Assembly: GCA_964479405.1 (NCBI GenBank)
Contig: CAYZMA010000001.1
Span: 1 to 59,804, forward strand
Source of the DNA: an uncultured Candidatus Saccharibacteria bacterium
GTDB lineage: Bacteria > Patescibacteriota > UBA1384 > UBA12157 > JAENIV01
Reading direction: 5' to 3'
DNA length: 59,804 nucleotides
Of the stretch, positions 18,263 to 27,869 are shown in pieces. The position numbers and the translations under genes were made by a program. Position 1 is the first letter of the stretch; each line of letters starts with the position of its first letter. The notes below the pieces were generated by a model that saw only the letters and a list, made by a program, of their open reading frames with translations, had not been told where the DNA came from and searched no databases.

Positions 18263-19656
18263 AAAATCTAAAATTAAAAAATTTACAAAATCAAAAAGTT
18301 GGAATATTAGGATTAGGTGAGGAAAATATTGCTCTGGCTTATTTTTTGGTAGCTCAAGGGATTGATATTACTATTTGTGATCAAAAGAGTAGGGAAGAGT
18401 TGGGGCAGTATTATGAAAAAATGAAGAATTTATCCAGTCAAGTTCAGTTTCAGTTGGGAGCAAATTATCTTGAAAATTTAGAAAAATTTAATATTATTTT
18501 TCGCACACCCGGTCTCCCCTACCTAAATTCAAAAATTCAAAAAGCTAAGAACGTTGGGGTAATTATTTCTTCCGAAATAAAATTATTTTTTGATTTATGC
18601 CCCTGCCCTGTTGTGGGCGTTACGGGGACTAAAGGCAAAGGAACAACGACCACTTTAATTGCAGAGATATTAAAGTGGAAATCCGAAATCCGAAATCCGA
18701 AATCCGAAATTTATCTTGGGGGCAATATCGGCACGTCGCCGATTAGTTTTTTGGAAAAATTGACCAGTGATGATATTGTTGTTTTAGAACTTTCCAGTTT
18801 TCAACTGCAAGATATGGAAAGATCACCTCACATTGCTGTTGTTTTAGATATTAAAATTGATCACTTGGACTATCATCAAAGTCGGACTGAATATATTGAA
18901 TCTAAAATAAATATTGTCAAATATCAAACCAAAAATGATTTTACGGTAGTAAATGCCGATTATTTAACTAGCTTTGAATTTGGCGCGGAGTCGCTTTCTA
19001 AAACTTATTGGTTTTCGCGTCGAAAATCTGTAGACGAAGGTTGTTTTGTCAAAGAAAATCAAATTGTTTTAAGAATTAATAATGAAGATATTCCCATTTG
19101 TAAAACTGATGAAATAATTTTAAAAGGGGAGCATAATTTAGAAAATATTTGCGCTGCGGTTACGGCCTCAAAACTAGCGGGAGCAGATTCAGAGTCAATT
19201 AAAACTGTCGTCAAATCTTTTAAAGGATTGGAACATCGTTTGGAATTTGTCAGAAACTTTAATGAAATTAATTTTTATAATGATTCATTTTCAACGACAC
19301 CAGACACTACTATTGCGGCTATTAAATCTTTCAAGACGCCTATTATTCTTTTAGTGGGCGGATCAGAAAAAAATGCCGATTACAGCGAACTTGGACAAAC
19401 AATTAAAAATAGTACTGTTAAAAATATTATTAGTATTGGTCAGACAGCGCCAAAAATAATTAAAGCAATTGGTGAAAATCACGTTATCAAAATTACGGAC
19501 AATATCTTATCTATGGAAGAAGCGGTTAAGCTTGCATTAGAACTTGGTCAAAAAAATGATGTTGTTATTCTCTCGCCGGCTTCGGCCTCTTTTGATCGTT
19601 ATAAAAATTACAAAGAAAGAGGTGAAATCTTTAAAAAAGTAGTCTTGGATTTGTGA
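18259..19656 (+). CDS. murD: UDP-N-acetylmuramoylalanine--D-glutamate ligase
   Basis: GVTGTKGKGTTTTLI, GGNIG, SSFQL, HNLENICAA and GLEHRLE motifs. Carries an internal KSEIRNP repeat. Confidence 0.9.
   Translation: MKNLKLKNLQNQKVGILGLGEENIALAYFLVAQGIDITICDQKSREELGQYYEKMKNLSSQVQFQLGANYLENLEKFNIIFRTPGLPYLNSKIQKAKNVGVIISSEIKLFFDLCPCPVVGVTGTKGKGTTTTLIAEILKWKSEIRNPKSEIYLGGNIGTSPISFLEKLTSDDIVVLELSSFQLQDMERSPHIAVVLDIKIDHLDYHQSRTEYIESKINIVKYQTKNDFTVVNADYLTSFEFGAESLSKTYWFSRRKSVDEGCFVKENQIVLRINNEDIPICKTDEIILKGEHNLENICAAVTASKLAGADSESIKTVVKSFKGLEHRLEFVRNFNEINFYNDSFSTTPDTTIAAIKSFKTPIILLVGGSEKNADYSELGQTIKNSTVKNIISIGQTAPKIIKAIGENHVIKITDNILSMEEAVKLALELGQKNDVVILSPASASFDRYKNYKERGEIFKKVVLDL
18678..18710 (+). 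repeat. Heptanucleotide tandem repeat (GAAATCC), about 4.7 copies, inside murD
   Basis: GAAATCCGAAATCCGAAATCCGAAATCCGAAAT read directly from the sequence. It encodes KSEIRNPKSEIRNPKSEI between the P-loop and GGNIG. Confidence 0.9.
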
Positions 19657-19657
19657 T

Positions 19658-20770
19658 ATGAATAAAAGTCGCTCAAAACCAGATTTAGTTTTTGCTCTCG
19701 TAGTTTTTCTTTTATGTCTTTTTGGGGTGGTAATGATTTCTTCGGCGTCAATTGTGACTTCGCAAGAACGTTTTGGCACAAATTATTACTATGCCACTCA
19801 TCAACTTATTTCATTAATAGTCGGGTTAATCATGATGATTGGAGCTTATTTTATTGATTATCGTTTTTGGAAAAAAATTTCTTTAACCATGTTTTTAGCT
19901 ACCTTAGTTTTACTTATTGCTGTTTTTTTGCCGGGTATTGGTAAAGAGTTTGGCGGCGCTCACAGGTGGTTGGGAGTTGGCAGTGCTCTTTTTCAACCTT
20001 CAGAAATTGTAAAATTGACTTTTATTATTTATCTGGCTTCGTGGCTTGAAAAAAAAGGCAATCAAATTGGTAACTTTGCGACCGGTTTTGTCCCTTTTGC
20101 TTTTTTGATGTTGGTTTTAGGTTTTTTGATTATGAGTCAACCGGATTTAGGCACTTTCTCGGTTATCATTGGCACGGCCGTGGTAGTTTTTTTTGTCGCT
20201 GGCGCCCGTTGGACTCATTTGACTATTGGTGGTGTTTCACTTCTGATTTTAATTGGAATTCTAATTAGAATTGAGCCCTATCGGCTTCAACGTTTCTTGG
20301 TATTTTTAAATCCCAGCGCTCAATCTTTGGGTGCGGCTTACCACATTAATCAAGCTTTAATTGCTATAGGTTCGGGTGGACTTTGGGGTTTAGGTTTTGG
20401 TCAAAGTAAGCAAAAATATCTCTATTTGCCTCAAGCTTATTCCGATTCAATTTTTGCGATTATTGCCGAAGAGTTAGGTTTTATCCGATCATCTTTAGTT
20501 ATTGCTGTTTTTGTTTTTTTGGCTTTTCGTGGTCGACGGATTATTCAAAATGCGCCCGATACTTTTTCAAGATTATTGGCGACTGGTATTGTGGCATGGA
20601 TAATTTTACAAATGTTTATTAATATTGCTGCAATGTTAAGTTTAATACCTTTGACCGGCGTGCCTTTGCCATTTATCAGTTATGGCGGTTCGTCTTTAAT
20701 TGTGACATTAATGGCGGTCGGCATTTTACTTAATATCTCAAAATATTCAAATCATTCATCGAGGATTTAA
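19658..20770 (+). CDS. ftsW: SEDS-family peptidoglycan glycosyltransferase FtsW
   Basis: QPSEIVKL, QPDLGT, LPQAYSDSIFAIIAEELG and PLPFISYGGSS motifs. Confidence 0.9.
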   Translation: MNKSRSKPDLVFALVVFLLCLFGVVMISSASIVTSQERFGTNYYYATHQLISLIVGLIMMIGAYFIDYRFWKKISLTMFLATLVLLIAVFLPGIGKEFGGAHRWLGVGSALFQPSEIVKLTFIIYLASWLEKKGNQIGNFATGFVPFAFLMLVLGFLIMSQPDLGTFSVIIGTAVVVFFVAGARWTHLTIGGVSLLILIGILIRIEPYRLQRFLVFLNPSAQSLGAAYHINQALIAIGSGGLWGLGFGQSKQKYLYLPQAYSDSIFAIIAEELGFIRSSLVIAVFVFLAFRGRRIIQNAPDTFSRLLATGIVAWIILQMFINIAAMLSLIPLTGVPLPFISYGGSSLIVTLMAVGILLNISKYSNHSSRI

Positions 20771-20773
20771 ATT

Positions 20774-21829
20774 ATGAAAATACTTTTAACTGGCGGGGGT
20801 ACGGCTGGGCATACTTGGCCCGTCATTATGGTAGGGCAATCTCTCCAAAAAAATAAGCGAGTCAAGCTTTTGTATGTCGGTTCCAGACAAGGGATTGAAA
20901 GAAAACTTTCCAAAGATTTTCAAATTCCTTTTCAAGCCATTATTACTGGCAAAAGACGAAACTATTTTTCTTTATCAAATATTTGGGATATTTTTAAAAT
21001 CTTTTGTGGCATAATTCAGGCATTCTTTATTCTATTTTTCTTTAGACCAAATGTTGTTTTTGCCAAAGGTGGCTATGTGACAGTGCCAATTATATTTTGG
21101 TTAAAACTTTTTAAAATACCTTTAGTTATTCACGAATCGGATGTAATGGTGGGGCGAGCTAATCTATGGGCTTTAAAGTATGCGGAAAAAGTTTGTTTGG
21201 GTTTTCCTTTGGAATATTACTCTCAAAAATTACCCCTTGAAAAATTAATTTATACTGGTATTCCGGTAAGTCCAGAATTTAAGCAAACATCAATTAAAGA
21301 AGAGGGACGACCAAAAATATTAATCACAGGCGGGTCGCAAGGCTCGTCAAAAATAAATGATTTAATTTCCGAAATACTGCCGGAACTAATTAACCGTTTT
21401 GAAATTTATCATTTATCAGGGCATCGTGATTTTGAAAAACTTCAGAAATTTAAAAACCCTAATTATCACTTGTTTGATTTTTCTCTAGAGATGCCTAAAT
21501 TTATGCGCGATGCTGATTTAATTATTACTCGCGCTGGCGCTTCAACTTTGACCGAAATTGCTGCGGTAGGAAAACCATCAATTATTATTCCACTGGAAAC
21601 TGCAGCCAATGAACATCAGGTTGGAAATGCTCAAGTTTTTCAAAAAATAAATGCCGCGGTAGTTTGCTCGGAAAAAAACTTAACCGCTAATTCGTTAAAA
21701 ACAATCATTAATCATTTAATGGCTGACGAAAAAACTAGAGACTTGCTTGGCCATCATGCCAAAAGTTTCTTCCGTCCAGACGCTGCTGAAGAAATTATCA
21801 ATACTATATTTGAAGTAGTAAGAAAATGA
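20774..21829 (+). CDS. murG: UDP-N-acetylglucosamine--N-acetylmuramyl-(pentapeptide) pyrophosphoryl-undecaprenol GlcNAc transferase
   Basis: GGGTAGHTWP, TGGSQGS and RAGASTLTEIAAVGKPSIIIP motifs. Confidence 0.9.
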   Translation: MKILLTGGGTAGHTWPVIMVGQSLQKNKRVKLLYVGSRQGIERKLSKDFQIPFQAIITGKRRNYFSLSNIWDIFKIFCGIIQAFFILFFFRPNVVFAKGGYVTVPIIFWLKLFKIPLVIHESDVMVGRANLWALKYAEKVCLGFPLEYYSQKLPLEKLIYTGIPVSPEFKQTSIKEEGRPKILITGGSQGSSKINDLISEILPELINRFEIYHLSGHRDFEKLQKFKNPNYHLFDFSLEMPKFMRDADLIITRAGASTLTEIAAVGKPSIIIPLETAANEHQVGNAQVFQKINAAVVCSEKNLTANSLKTIINHLMADEKTRDLLGHHAKSFFRPDAAEEIINTIFEVVRK

Positions 21830-22197
21830 AAATAGTAATTGGTTCTAGTATGAAATTTAGATCGTTAGTTAAAGAAACTCTTAAAAAATTAAAAACAATA
21901 GGTGTAGATGCCGAATTTCCAAATATAGATTATAGTCACAAGTCCTCTGACGAAGCAAATACTATAGAAGAGAAAAAAAGATTAGCTTTAGAGCATTATG
22001 AATCAATTAAAAATGCTGATGCTATTTATTTTATAATGCCTGATGGTTATATGGGCACAAGCTGTAAAATTGAACTTGGTTATGCTCTTGCTTTGGGAAA
22101 ACTGATTTATTTTTCAGAACCAACAAATGATTTAGCTTTAGATTGTTATGTTAAAAAATTTATCCCACTTGATAAATTAATATTATTTAAAGAGTAA
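21826..22197 (+). CDS. Small nucleoside 2-deoxyribosyltransferase-like / DUF4406-like protein (tentative)
   Basis: Flavodoxin-like pattern: KIVIGSS...ADAIYFIMPDGYMGTSCKIELGYALALGK.IY. Start overlaps the murG stop. Confidence 0.4.
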   Translation: MKIVIGSSMKFRSLVKETLKKLKTIGVDAEFPNIDYSHKSSDEANTIEEKKRLALEHYESIKNADAIYFIMPDGYMGTSCKIELGYALALGKLIYFSEPTNDLALDCYVKKFIPLDKLILFKE

Positions 22198-22238
22198 AAA
22201 CATTGATCAATTGACAGGAGGAAATATTCGTGTATATT

Positions 22239-22265
22239 TCGCGATCGCGGAAAAGAGGGTATAAA
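22239..22265 (+). promoter_or_regulatory. Copy 1 of a repeated 26-nt motif containing the palindrome CGCGATCGCG
   Basis: TCGCGATCGCGGAAAAGAGGGTATAAA. It matches 22 of 26 nt with the copies at 37037 and 37651 and lies 75 nt upstream of the GT39 gene. Confidence 0.5.
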
Positions 22266-22339
22266 TAGAACCTGTAAATTGATTGATAATTTTATACTCT
22301 TATGTTTTTAACGGGGGAAATTTGATATACTAACATTAC

Positions 22340-23548
22340 ATGACTATTAAAACATTTTTCCAGAAATATTGGATAAATATTACCCTTACTTTCATCATTA
22401 TTGCCAGTTTATTGCTTCGTCTTTGGCATTTGGGTAGAATTGGCGATCAAATTTTTGATGAAGTCTATTTTGTTAAATTTGCTCAAAATTATCTGACCGG
22501 GACTTCTTTTTTTGATATTCATCCACCTTTGGGCAAATTGATTATTGCTTTTGGTCTTAAGCTATTTGGCGATACTTCCTTTACATGGCGGTTGATGCCG
22601 GCGATTTTTGGCACCTTGTTAATAATTTTGGGCTATTTTACCGGCAAGGAACTTTCTTCCAAAAGAGTTGGTCTTTTTACGGCTAGCATTATGGGTTTAG
22701 ACGGAATGTTATTGGTTTATTCACGAACGGGTTTAATTGACATATTTTTAGTCTTTTTTATTCTCTTTGCTTTCTATATATTTTTAAAATATATCAATAC
22801 TCAAAAACTAATTTATTTAATTCTTGCCGGTATTGCTGTTGGGCTAGCGGCTTCGGTTAAGTACATTGGGGCTTTAATTCTAATTGTATTTTTAGTAATG
22901 ATTTTTACTAGACATTTATCTTTGCGGAAAAACTTTTGGAAATATTTTATTTTTCTTATTTTAGTGCCACTTGGTATTTATTTAGCTTTCTTTCTTTTTA
23001 ATTTTGGGACAAATAATTTATTTGCTCAAGTCTGGGATTGGCAAATGCAGAGTTTAAATTATAATATTGGTCTTAAAGACACTCATCCATATGGTTCAAA
23101 ATGGTGGAGTTGGTTTTTACTTTTAAGACCTATTTGGCTTTATTTTAAAGAGACAAACGGACAAATTACTGGGGTTGACGGGATCGGGAATCCTTTATCT
23201 TGGTGGTCATCAATTATTGTTGTACCCTTATTAATTTGGGGAGTATCCCAAAAATACAAAAATCAGTTAATTGTTTTAGCAGGCTTTTTGGTTTTTCTGC
23301 TTTTTTGGGCGCCTTTTAATAGAGTTTTATTTTTCTATCACGCTATGCCGTCTTTTGTCTTTTTAACCTTGGGGACATCATTATGGCTTGAAAGACTTGT
23401 TTTAAAATATCCGTATGGTAAATATTATGTAGCCATATATTTTTGTATTTTGTTCTTACTTTTCGTTTATTTTCTACCAATTTGGATTGGTATGCCTTTT
23501 GGTTCAGAGCAATTTTATCAAAGAATGTGGCTCAAGGGCTGGATTTAA
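22340..23548 (+). CDS. GT39/PMT-family dolichyl-phosphate-mannose protein mannosyltransferase-like membrane protein
   Basis: DEVYFVKFAQNY....FFDIHPPLGKL signature and many TM helices. Confidence 0.75.
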   Translation: MTIKTFFQKYWINITLTFIIIASLLLRLWHLGRIGDQIFDEVYFVKFAQNYLTGTSFFDIHPPLGKLIIAFGLKLFGDTSFTWRLMPAIFGTLLIILGYFTGKELSSKRVGLFTASIMGLDGMLLVYSRTGLIDIFLVFFILFAFYIFLKYINTQKLIYLILAGIAVGLAASVKYIGALILIVFLVMIFTRHLSLRKNFWKYFIFLILVPLGIYLAFFLFNFGTNNLFAQVWDWQMQSLNYNIGLKDTHPYGSKWWSWFLLLRPIWLYFKETNGQITGVDGIGNPLSWWSSIIVVPLLIWGVSQKYKNQLIVLAGFLVFLLFWAPFNRVLFFYHAMPSFVFLTLGTSLWLERLVLKYPYGKYYVAIYFCILFLLFVYFLPIWIGMPFGSEQFYQRMWLKGWI

Positions 23549-23627
23549 GGGAAAAAATCATTTAAGATAACTGTAGAGTATAAATTTTATAGACAAGCAA
23601 GCTTGTCGCGGAATTTTTAAGAAAAAT

Positions 23628-25022
23628 ATGAATACACAAAAAATACATTTTATTGGTATTAAAGGTGTGGGAATGACCGCTTTGGCGATTTTAGCTTTAG
23701 AAAAAGGCTATGAAGTTACCGGTTCAGATGTTGAAGATACGTTTGTTACAGATATTGCTTTAGAAAAAACTGGAATTGTTGTTACCTCATTTGACGCAAA
23801 AAATCTTCAAAATAAACCGGATATAGTGGTGCTTTCAGCCGCCTACAATAAAGATAATATTGAAGTCAAAGAAGCTCGAAAAAAAAGATTAAACATTAAA
23901 GCTTACTCGGAAATATTAGCCCTTTTTTCTTCAGAGTCCCAAGTTATTGCTGTTTCGGGTATCCACGGCAAAACCACTACTACGGCATTGATAAGTTTTC
24001 TTTTAACTAAAGCTAATTTGAATCCAAGCTATGTTATTGGGTCAGGGGAGATTGCCGATTTACCAGCCTCTGGTCATTTGGGAAGTGGTGATTATTTTGT
24101 TTTAGAAGCAGATGAGTATAGAAAAAGTCCTGACGATAATAATTCTAAATTTTTTGATTTAAATCCTCAAATTGAAATAATTACCAGTATTGAAATGGAT
24201 CATCCGGATATGTTTTTGACTGACGAAAAAGTCTACGAAGCTTTTTACAAATTCGCTTGTCGCATTCCGCGTAAAGGTTTTATTGTTTTATGTCTAGACT
24301 ATCCAAAAGCTAAAAAGCTCCTTCGTTCTTTAGCCGATAGAAACTTTGAAACTTATGGTTTTAGTGAAGATGTTGCTTGGCAAATTATTGATTATTTGGA
24401 GTCAGTCGATTCAACAAGTTTTAGTCTAATAAATGAAGGAAAAAATATTGGACCTTTTGTAATTAAAATCCCGGGCGAAGGAAATGTCTTAAATGCCACT
24501 GCCGCCGTTATTGTTGCTTTGAAATTAGGCATTCAAGAAAAATCAATTATAAAATATCTAGCAGAATTTCAGGGTGTAAAAAGACGTTTTGAAAAGATTG
24601 GTCAATTTAATGACATTACTGTGATTGATGATTATGCTCATCACCCGCATTCAGTTGCTTTAACGCTTGAAGCGGTTAAAAAAAGATTTCCCGATGCAAA
24701 AATTTGGTGTATTTTTCAACCCCATACTTATTCAAGGACAAAAGAATTATTAAGCAGTTTTGCGACCGCTTTTAACTGCGCTGACAAAGTAATTATTACC
24801 GATATCTACGCTTCAGCTCGTGAAAAAGAAGCCACCATTACGGCCGAAGATTTAACTCAAGCAATACATATAAATCAAAAACAAGTTAAGTATGTTAGTT
24901 CTTGGGACAAAATTACACAAGAATTAATTGATAATGTCGGTGGAAAAACAGTTATTATTACCATGGGGGCGGGCGATATTTATAAACTTGGACAAAATAT
25001 TTTAAAAGAACTTAAAAAATGA
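23628..25022 (+). CDS. murC: UDP-N-acetylmuramate--L-alanine ligase
   Basis: IHFIGIKGVGMTALA, GIHGKTTTTALI and DDYAHHP motifs. Confidence 0.9.
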   Translation: MNTQKIHFIGIKGVGMTALAILALEKGYEVTGSDVEDTFVTDIALEKTGIVVTSFDAKNLQNKPDIVVLSAAYNKDNIEVKEARKKRLNIKAYSEILALFSSESQVIAVSGIHGKTTTTALISFLLTKANLNPSYVIGSGEIADLPASGHLGSGDYFVLEADEYRKSPDDNNSKFFDLNPQIEIITSIEMDHPDMFLTDEKVYEAFYKFACRIPRKGFIVLCLDYPKAKKLLRSLADRNFETYGFSEDVAWQIIDYLESVDSTSFSLINEGKNIGPFVIKIPGEGNVLNATAAVIVALKLGIQEKSIIKYLAEFQGVKRRFEKIGQFNDITVIDDYAHHPHSVALTLEAVKKRFPDAKIWCIFQPHTYSRTKELLSSFATAFNCADKVIITDIYASAREKEATITAEDLTQAIHINQKQVKYVSSWDKITQELIDNVGGKTVIITMGAGDIYKLGQNILKELKK

Positions 25023-25999
25023 AAAATAAAAAAATAACCGATATTTTAAAAGGGGTGCGTGAACATGTAGTTATGAGAGATTATACCACTTTGCATATTG
25101 GCGGTGTGGCTGATTACTTTTTTGAAGCCAAAACAATTGATGATCTTATTAAAGCGGTAAGAACAGCTGTTGATTTAAAAATACCTTATTTTATTTTAGG
25201 CAATGGCTCAAATATCTTATTTTCTGACTATGGTTTTGCTGGGTTAGTAATTAAAAATGCCACTACAAATATTTCTATTATGAAAGAAAAAAGTCAAGTA
25301 ATTGTTGACGCAGGAGTAATGTTACCAAGACTTATTATGGCACTCGCTTCCGATGATTTAGCCGGGCTTGAATTTCTTTACGGTGTGCCGGGAACAGTTG
25401 GTGGCGCATTGTATGGTAATGCCGGTGCTTGGGGTAATGCTATTAGCGATTATTTAAAAAACTTAACGGTACTTGAAAAAGATTCGGAAAGCGGTATTCC
25501 AAAAGTGAGTCAATATTCTGCGAGCTGGTTGGATTTTACTTACAGAAGCTCAAAATTAAAAAGATTAAAATCAAAAGAAAAACCAGTTATTCTAACGGCT
25601 CAATTTCAATTAGCCCGAAGCCAAAAAGAAGAAATTATCCGTCGTTTAAATGTTATTCAAAAAAAGCGTCAAGCGACACAGCCAATTGGATTGTCCGCTG
25701 GTTCTATTTTTCGTAATCCTATTCCTAAAGAATTGAAAAACATTTCCGGAACAGGCACAAAAAATATGCCTGAATTTGCAAAAGAAAGAACCGCTGGTTT
25801 TATGTTGGAGCAAGTGGGGGCAAAAAAACTTAAAGTTGGTTCAGCTGAAGTTTCCGGTCTTCATGCTAATTTTATTCTTAATAAAAATGGCGCTAAAGGA
25901 GCGGAAATAAGGTCTTTAATTGAAGAAATACGTGATAAAGTAAATGAAAAGTTTGGTATTGTTTTAGAAGAGGAAATTGAATACATTGGTCAGTGGTAA
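25019..25999 (+). CDS. murB: UDP-N-acetylenolpyruvoylglucosamine reductase
   Basis: LGNGSNILF, GVPGTVGGALYGNAGAWG and SAGSIFRNP motifs. Confidence 0.9.
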   Translation: MKNKKITDILKGVREHVVMRDYTTLHIGGVADYFFEAKTIDDLIKAVRTAVDLKIPYFILGNGSNILFSDYGFAGLVIKNATTNISIMKEKSQVIVDAGVMLPRLIMALASDDLAGLEFLYGVPGTVGGALYGNAGAWGNAISDYLKNLTVLEKDSESGIPKVSQYSASWLDFTYRSSKLKRLKSKEKPVILTAQFQLARSQKEEIIRRLNVIQKKRQATQPIGLSAGSIFRNPIPKELKNISGTGTKNMPEFAKERTAGFMLEQVGAKKLKVGSAEVSGLHANFILNKNGAKGAEIRSLIEEIRDKVNEKFGIVLEEEIEYIGQW

Positions 26000-26054
26000 A
26001 CATTGACCGCGGAAATTTCTGACGAAATTATAGGTCAATGGTAAGGAGGTTTTT

Positions 26055-26813
26055 TTGGAGTTTCGTAATCCAAAAGTCTATAATCCATCTTATACAGTAG
26101 AAAAAAAGAAGTTTTCTAAAATATATATCTATATATTATTTATTTTAATAATACTTTGTGGTCTTATATATTTTATATTTTATTCGTCCTTTTTTAAAAT
26201 AAAAAATATTATTATTGAAAATACAACTAATACAGAAATTGCTAAAATATTTCAGCAGTTAAATGGTCTTAATATATTTCGTTTTAGCACCTCTAAAACT
26301 CAAACTGAAATTACACAGAAATATCCAGAAATAAAAGGTGTTAAAATCACTAGAGGTTTGCCGGACACTTTAAAAATTCAATTTACACAGGAAACGGCCA
26401 AAGTGATTTGGCAAACAAATGGAAAAAATTATCTTGTTGATTCTGCTGGTGTAATATATCAGGAAAATGTGTTGATGGAAAATTTGCCACAGAATTTACT
26501 AACTATTAAAGATAATAATAATGTGACGGTGACTATTGGTCAGAAAATACTGTCGGAAAATTTTCTAAATTTTATTACCGAACTAAATTCTAAATTTAAT
26601 CAAGCCATTGGTTTTAAAATAAATCAATTTGAAATTGATGAAACACTTTTTCAAATGACAGCCGTAACCGATCAAAATTGGAAAGTGATTTTTGATACCA
26701 CTAGAAGTGTTTCCGATCAACTTTCTGATTTAACAAGATTCTTAGCCGATCATAAAAGTGAAGTTACCGATTATGTTGATGTAAGAATTGAAGGCAGAGT
26801 CTATTTTAAATAG
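26055..26813 (+). CDS. ftsQ: Cell division protein FtsQ/DivIB-like (TM helix plus POTRA)
   Basis: AAGGAGG SD site then TTG start. N-terminal TM helix and a POTRA-like I.I.N......I. segment. Canonical position after murB. Confidence 0.7.
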   Translation: MEFRNPKVYNPSYTVEKKKFSKIYIYILFILIILCGLIYFIFYSSFFKIKNIIIENTTNTEIAKIFQQLNGLNIFRFSTSKTQTEITQKYPEIKGVKITRGLPDTLKIQFTQETAKVIWQTNGKNYLVDSAGVIYQENVLMENLPQNLLTIKDNNNVTVTIGQKILSENFLNFITELNSKFNQAIGFKINQFEIDETLFQMTAVTDQNWKVIFDTTRSVSDQLSDLTRFLADHKSEVTDYVDVRIEGRVYFK

Positions 26814-26828
26814 TGGTTGGAAATTATT

Positions 26829-27869
26829 ATGAAGAAAAAAACTAAAATTATTAAAGAAAATAGTTTTACAGAGTTTCTGTTGTATACTACACCAAATGGA
26901 AAAATAAAAGTGGAGATATTTTTGCGTAATGAAAATATTTGGCTAACACAAGAAAAAATAGCTCTTTTGTTTGGCGTACAAAGACCGGCTATCACCAAGC
27001 ATCTCAAAAATATCTTTAAAAGTATGGAATTAAATGAAGATTCAGTTAGTTCCATTTTGGAACATACTGCAGACGATAGTAAATCATATAAGACAAGGTT
27101 TTACAATCTCGATGCGATTCTTTCTGTTGGCTATCGAGTAAATAGTATCCAAGCAACCCAATTTCGTATTTGGGCAACTGAAAGATTGAAAGAATATATT
27201 ATAAAAGGTTTTACGATGGATGACGAGCGGCTAAAAGATCCTTATAATATTTTTGGCAAAGATTATTTTGAAGAGCAACTGGCAAGGATCAGAAATATCC
27301 GCTCCAGTGAACGAAGGTTTTATCAAAAGATTACTGATATCTACGCTCAGTGCAGTGCTGATTATGATCCAAATGAAGAAATAACAAAACAATTTTTCGC
27401 GACTGTCCAAAATAAACTTCATTTTGCCATCAGTGGCCAAACTGCAGCGGAAATTATTCATCAAAGAGTCGGTAGTAAAAAACCGAATATGGGTTTGACT
27501 ACATGGAAAAACGCACCTAAAGGAGCAATTCGAAAAATCGATGTTAGTATCGCTAAAAACTATCTTAATGAAAAAGAGTTGGATGGACTAAACAGAATTG
27601 TCACAATGTATCTTGATTACGCCGAAACGCAAGCGCAAAAAGGCGTGTTGATGCGTATGGAAGACTGGGTGAAAAAATTAAATGCATTTTTGCAGTTTAA
27701 TGAAAGAGAGATTTTACAAGATAATGGCAAGATTAGTCACGAAGTCTCTTTAACTTTGGCGGAACGCGAGTATGAAAAATATCAGATTATTCAGGACAAA
27801 AGCTATATTTCCGATTTTGACCGCGAGGTCAAAAAACTTTTAGATGTTAAAAAGAAAAAGAAAAAATAA
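26829..27869 (+). CDS. RhuM-family (virulence-protein-like) DNA-binding protein
   Basis: IWLTQEKIALLFGVQRPAITKHLKNIF, YNLDAILSVGYRVNS.QATQFRIWAT and FTMDDERLK are characteristic of the RhuM family. Confidence 0.75.
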   Translation: MKKKTKIIKENSFTEFLLYTTPNGKIKVEIFLRNENIWLTQEKIALLFGVQRPAITKHLKNIFKSMELNEDSVSSILEHTADDSKSYKTRFYNLDAILSVGYRVNSIQATQFRIWATERLKEYIIKGFTMDDERLKDPYNIFGKDYFEEQLARIRNIRSSERRFYQKITDIYAQCSADYDPNEEITKQFFATVQNKLHFAISGQTAAEIIHQRVGSKKPNMGLTTWKNAPKGAIRKIDVSIAKNYLNEKELDGLNRIVTMYLDYAETQAQKGVLMRMEDWVKKLNAFLQFNEREILQDNGKISHEVSLTLAEREYEKYQIIQDKSYISDFDREVKKLLDVKKKKKK

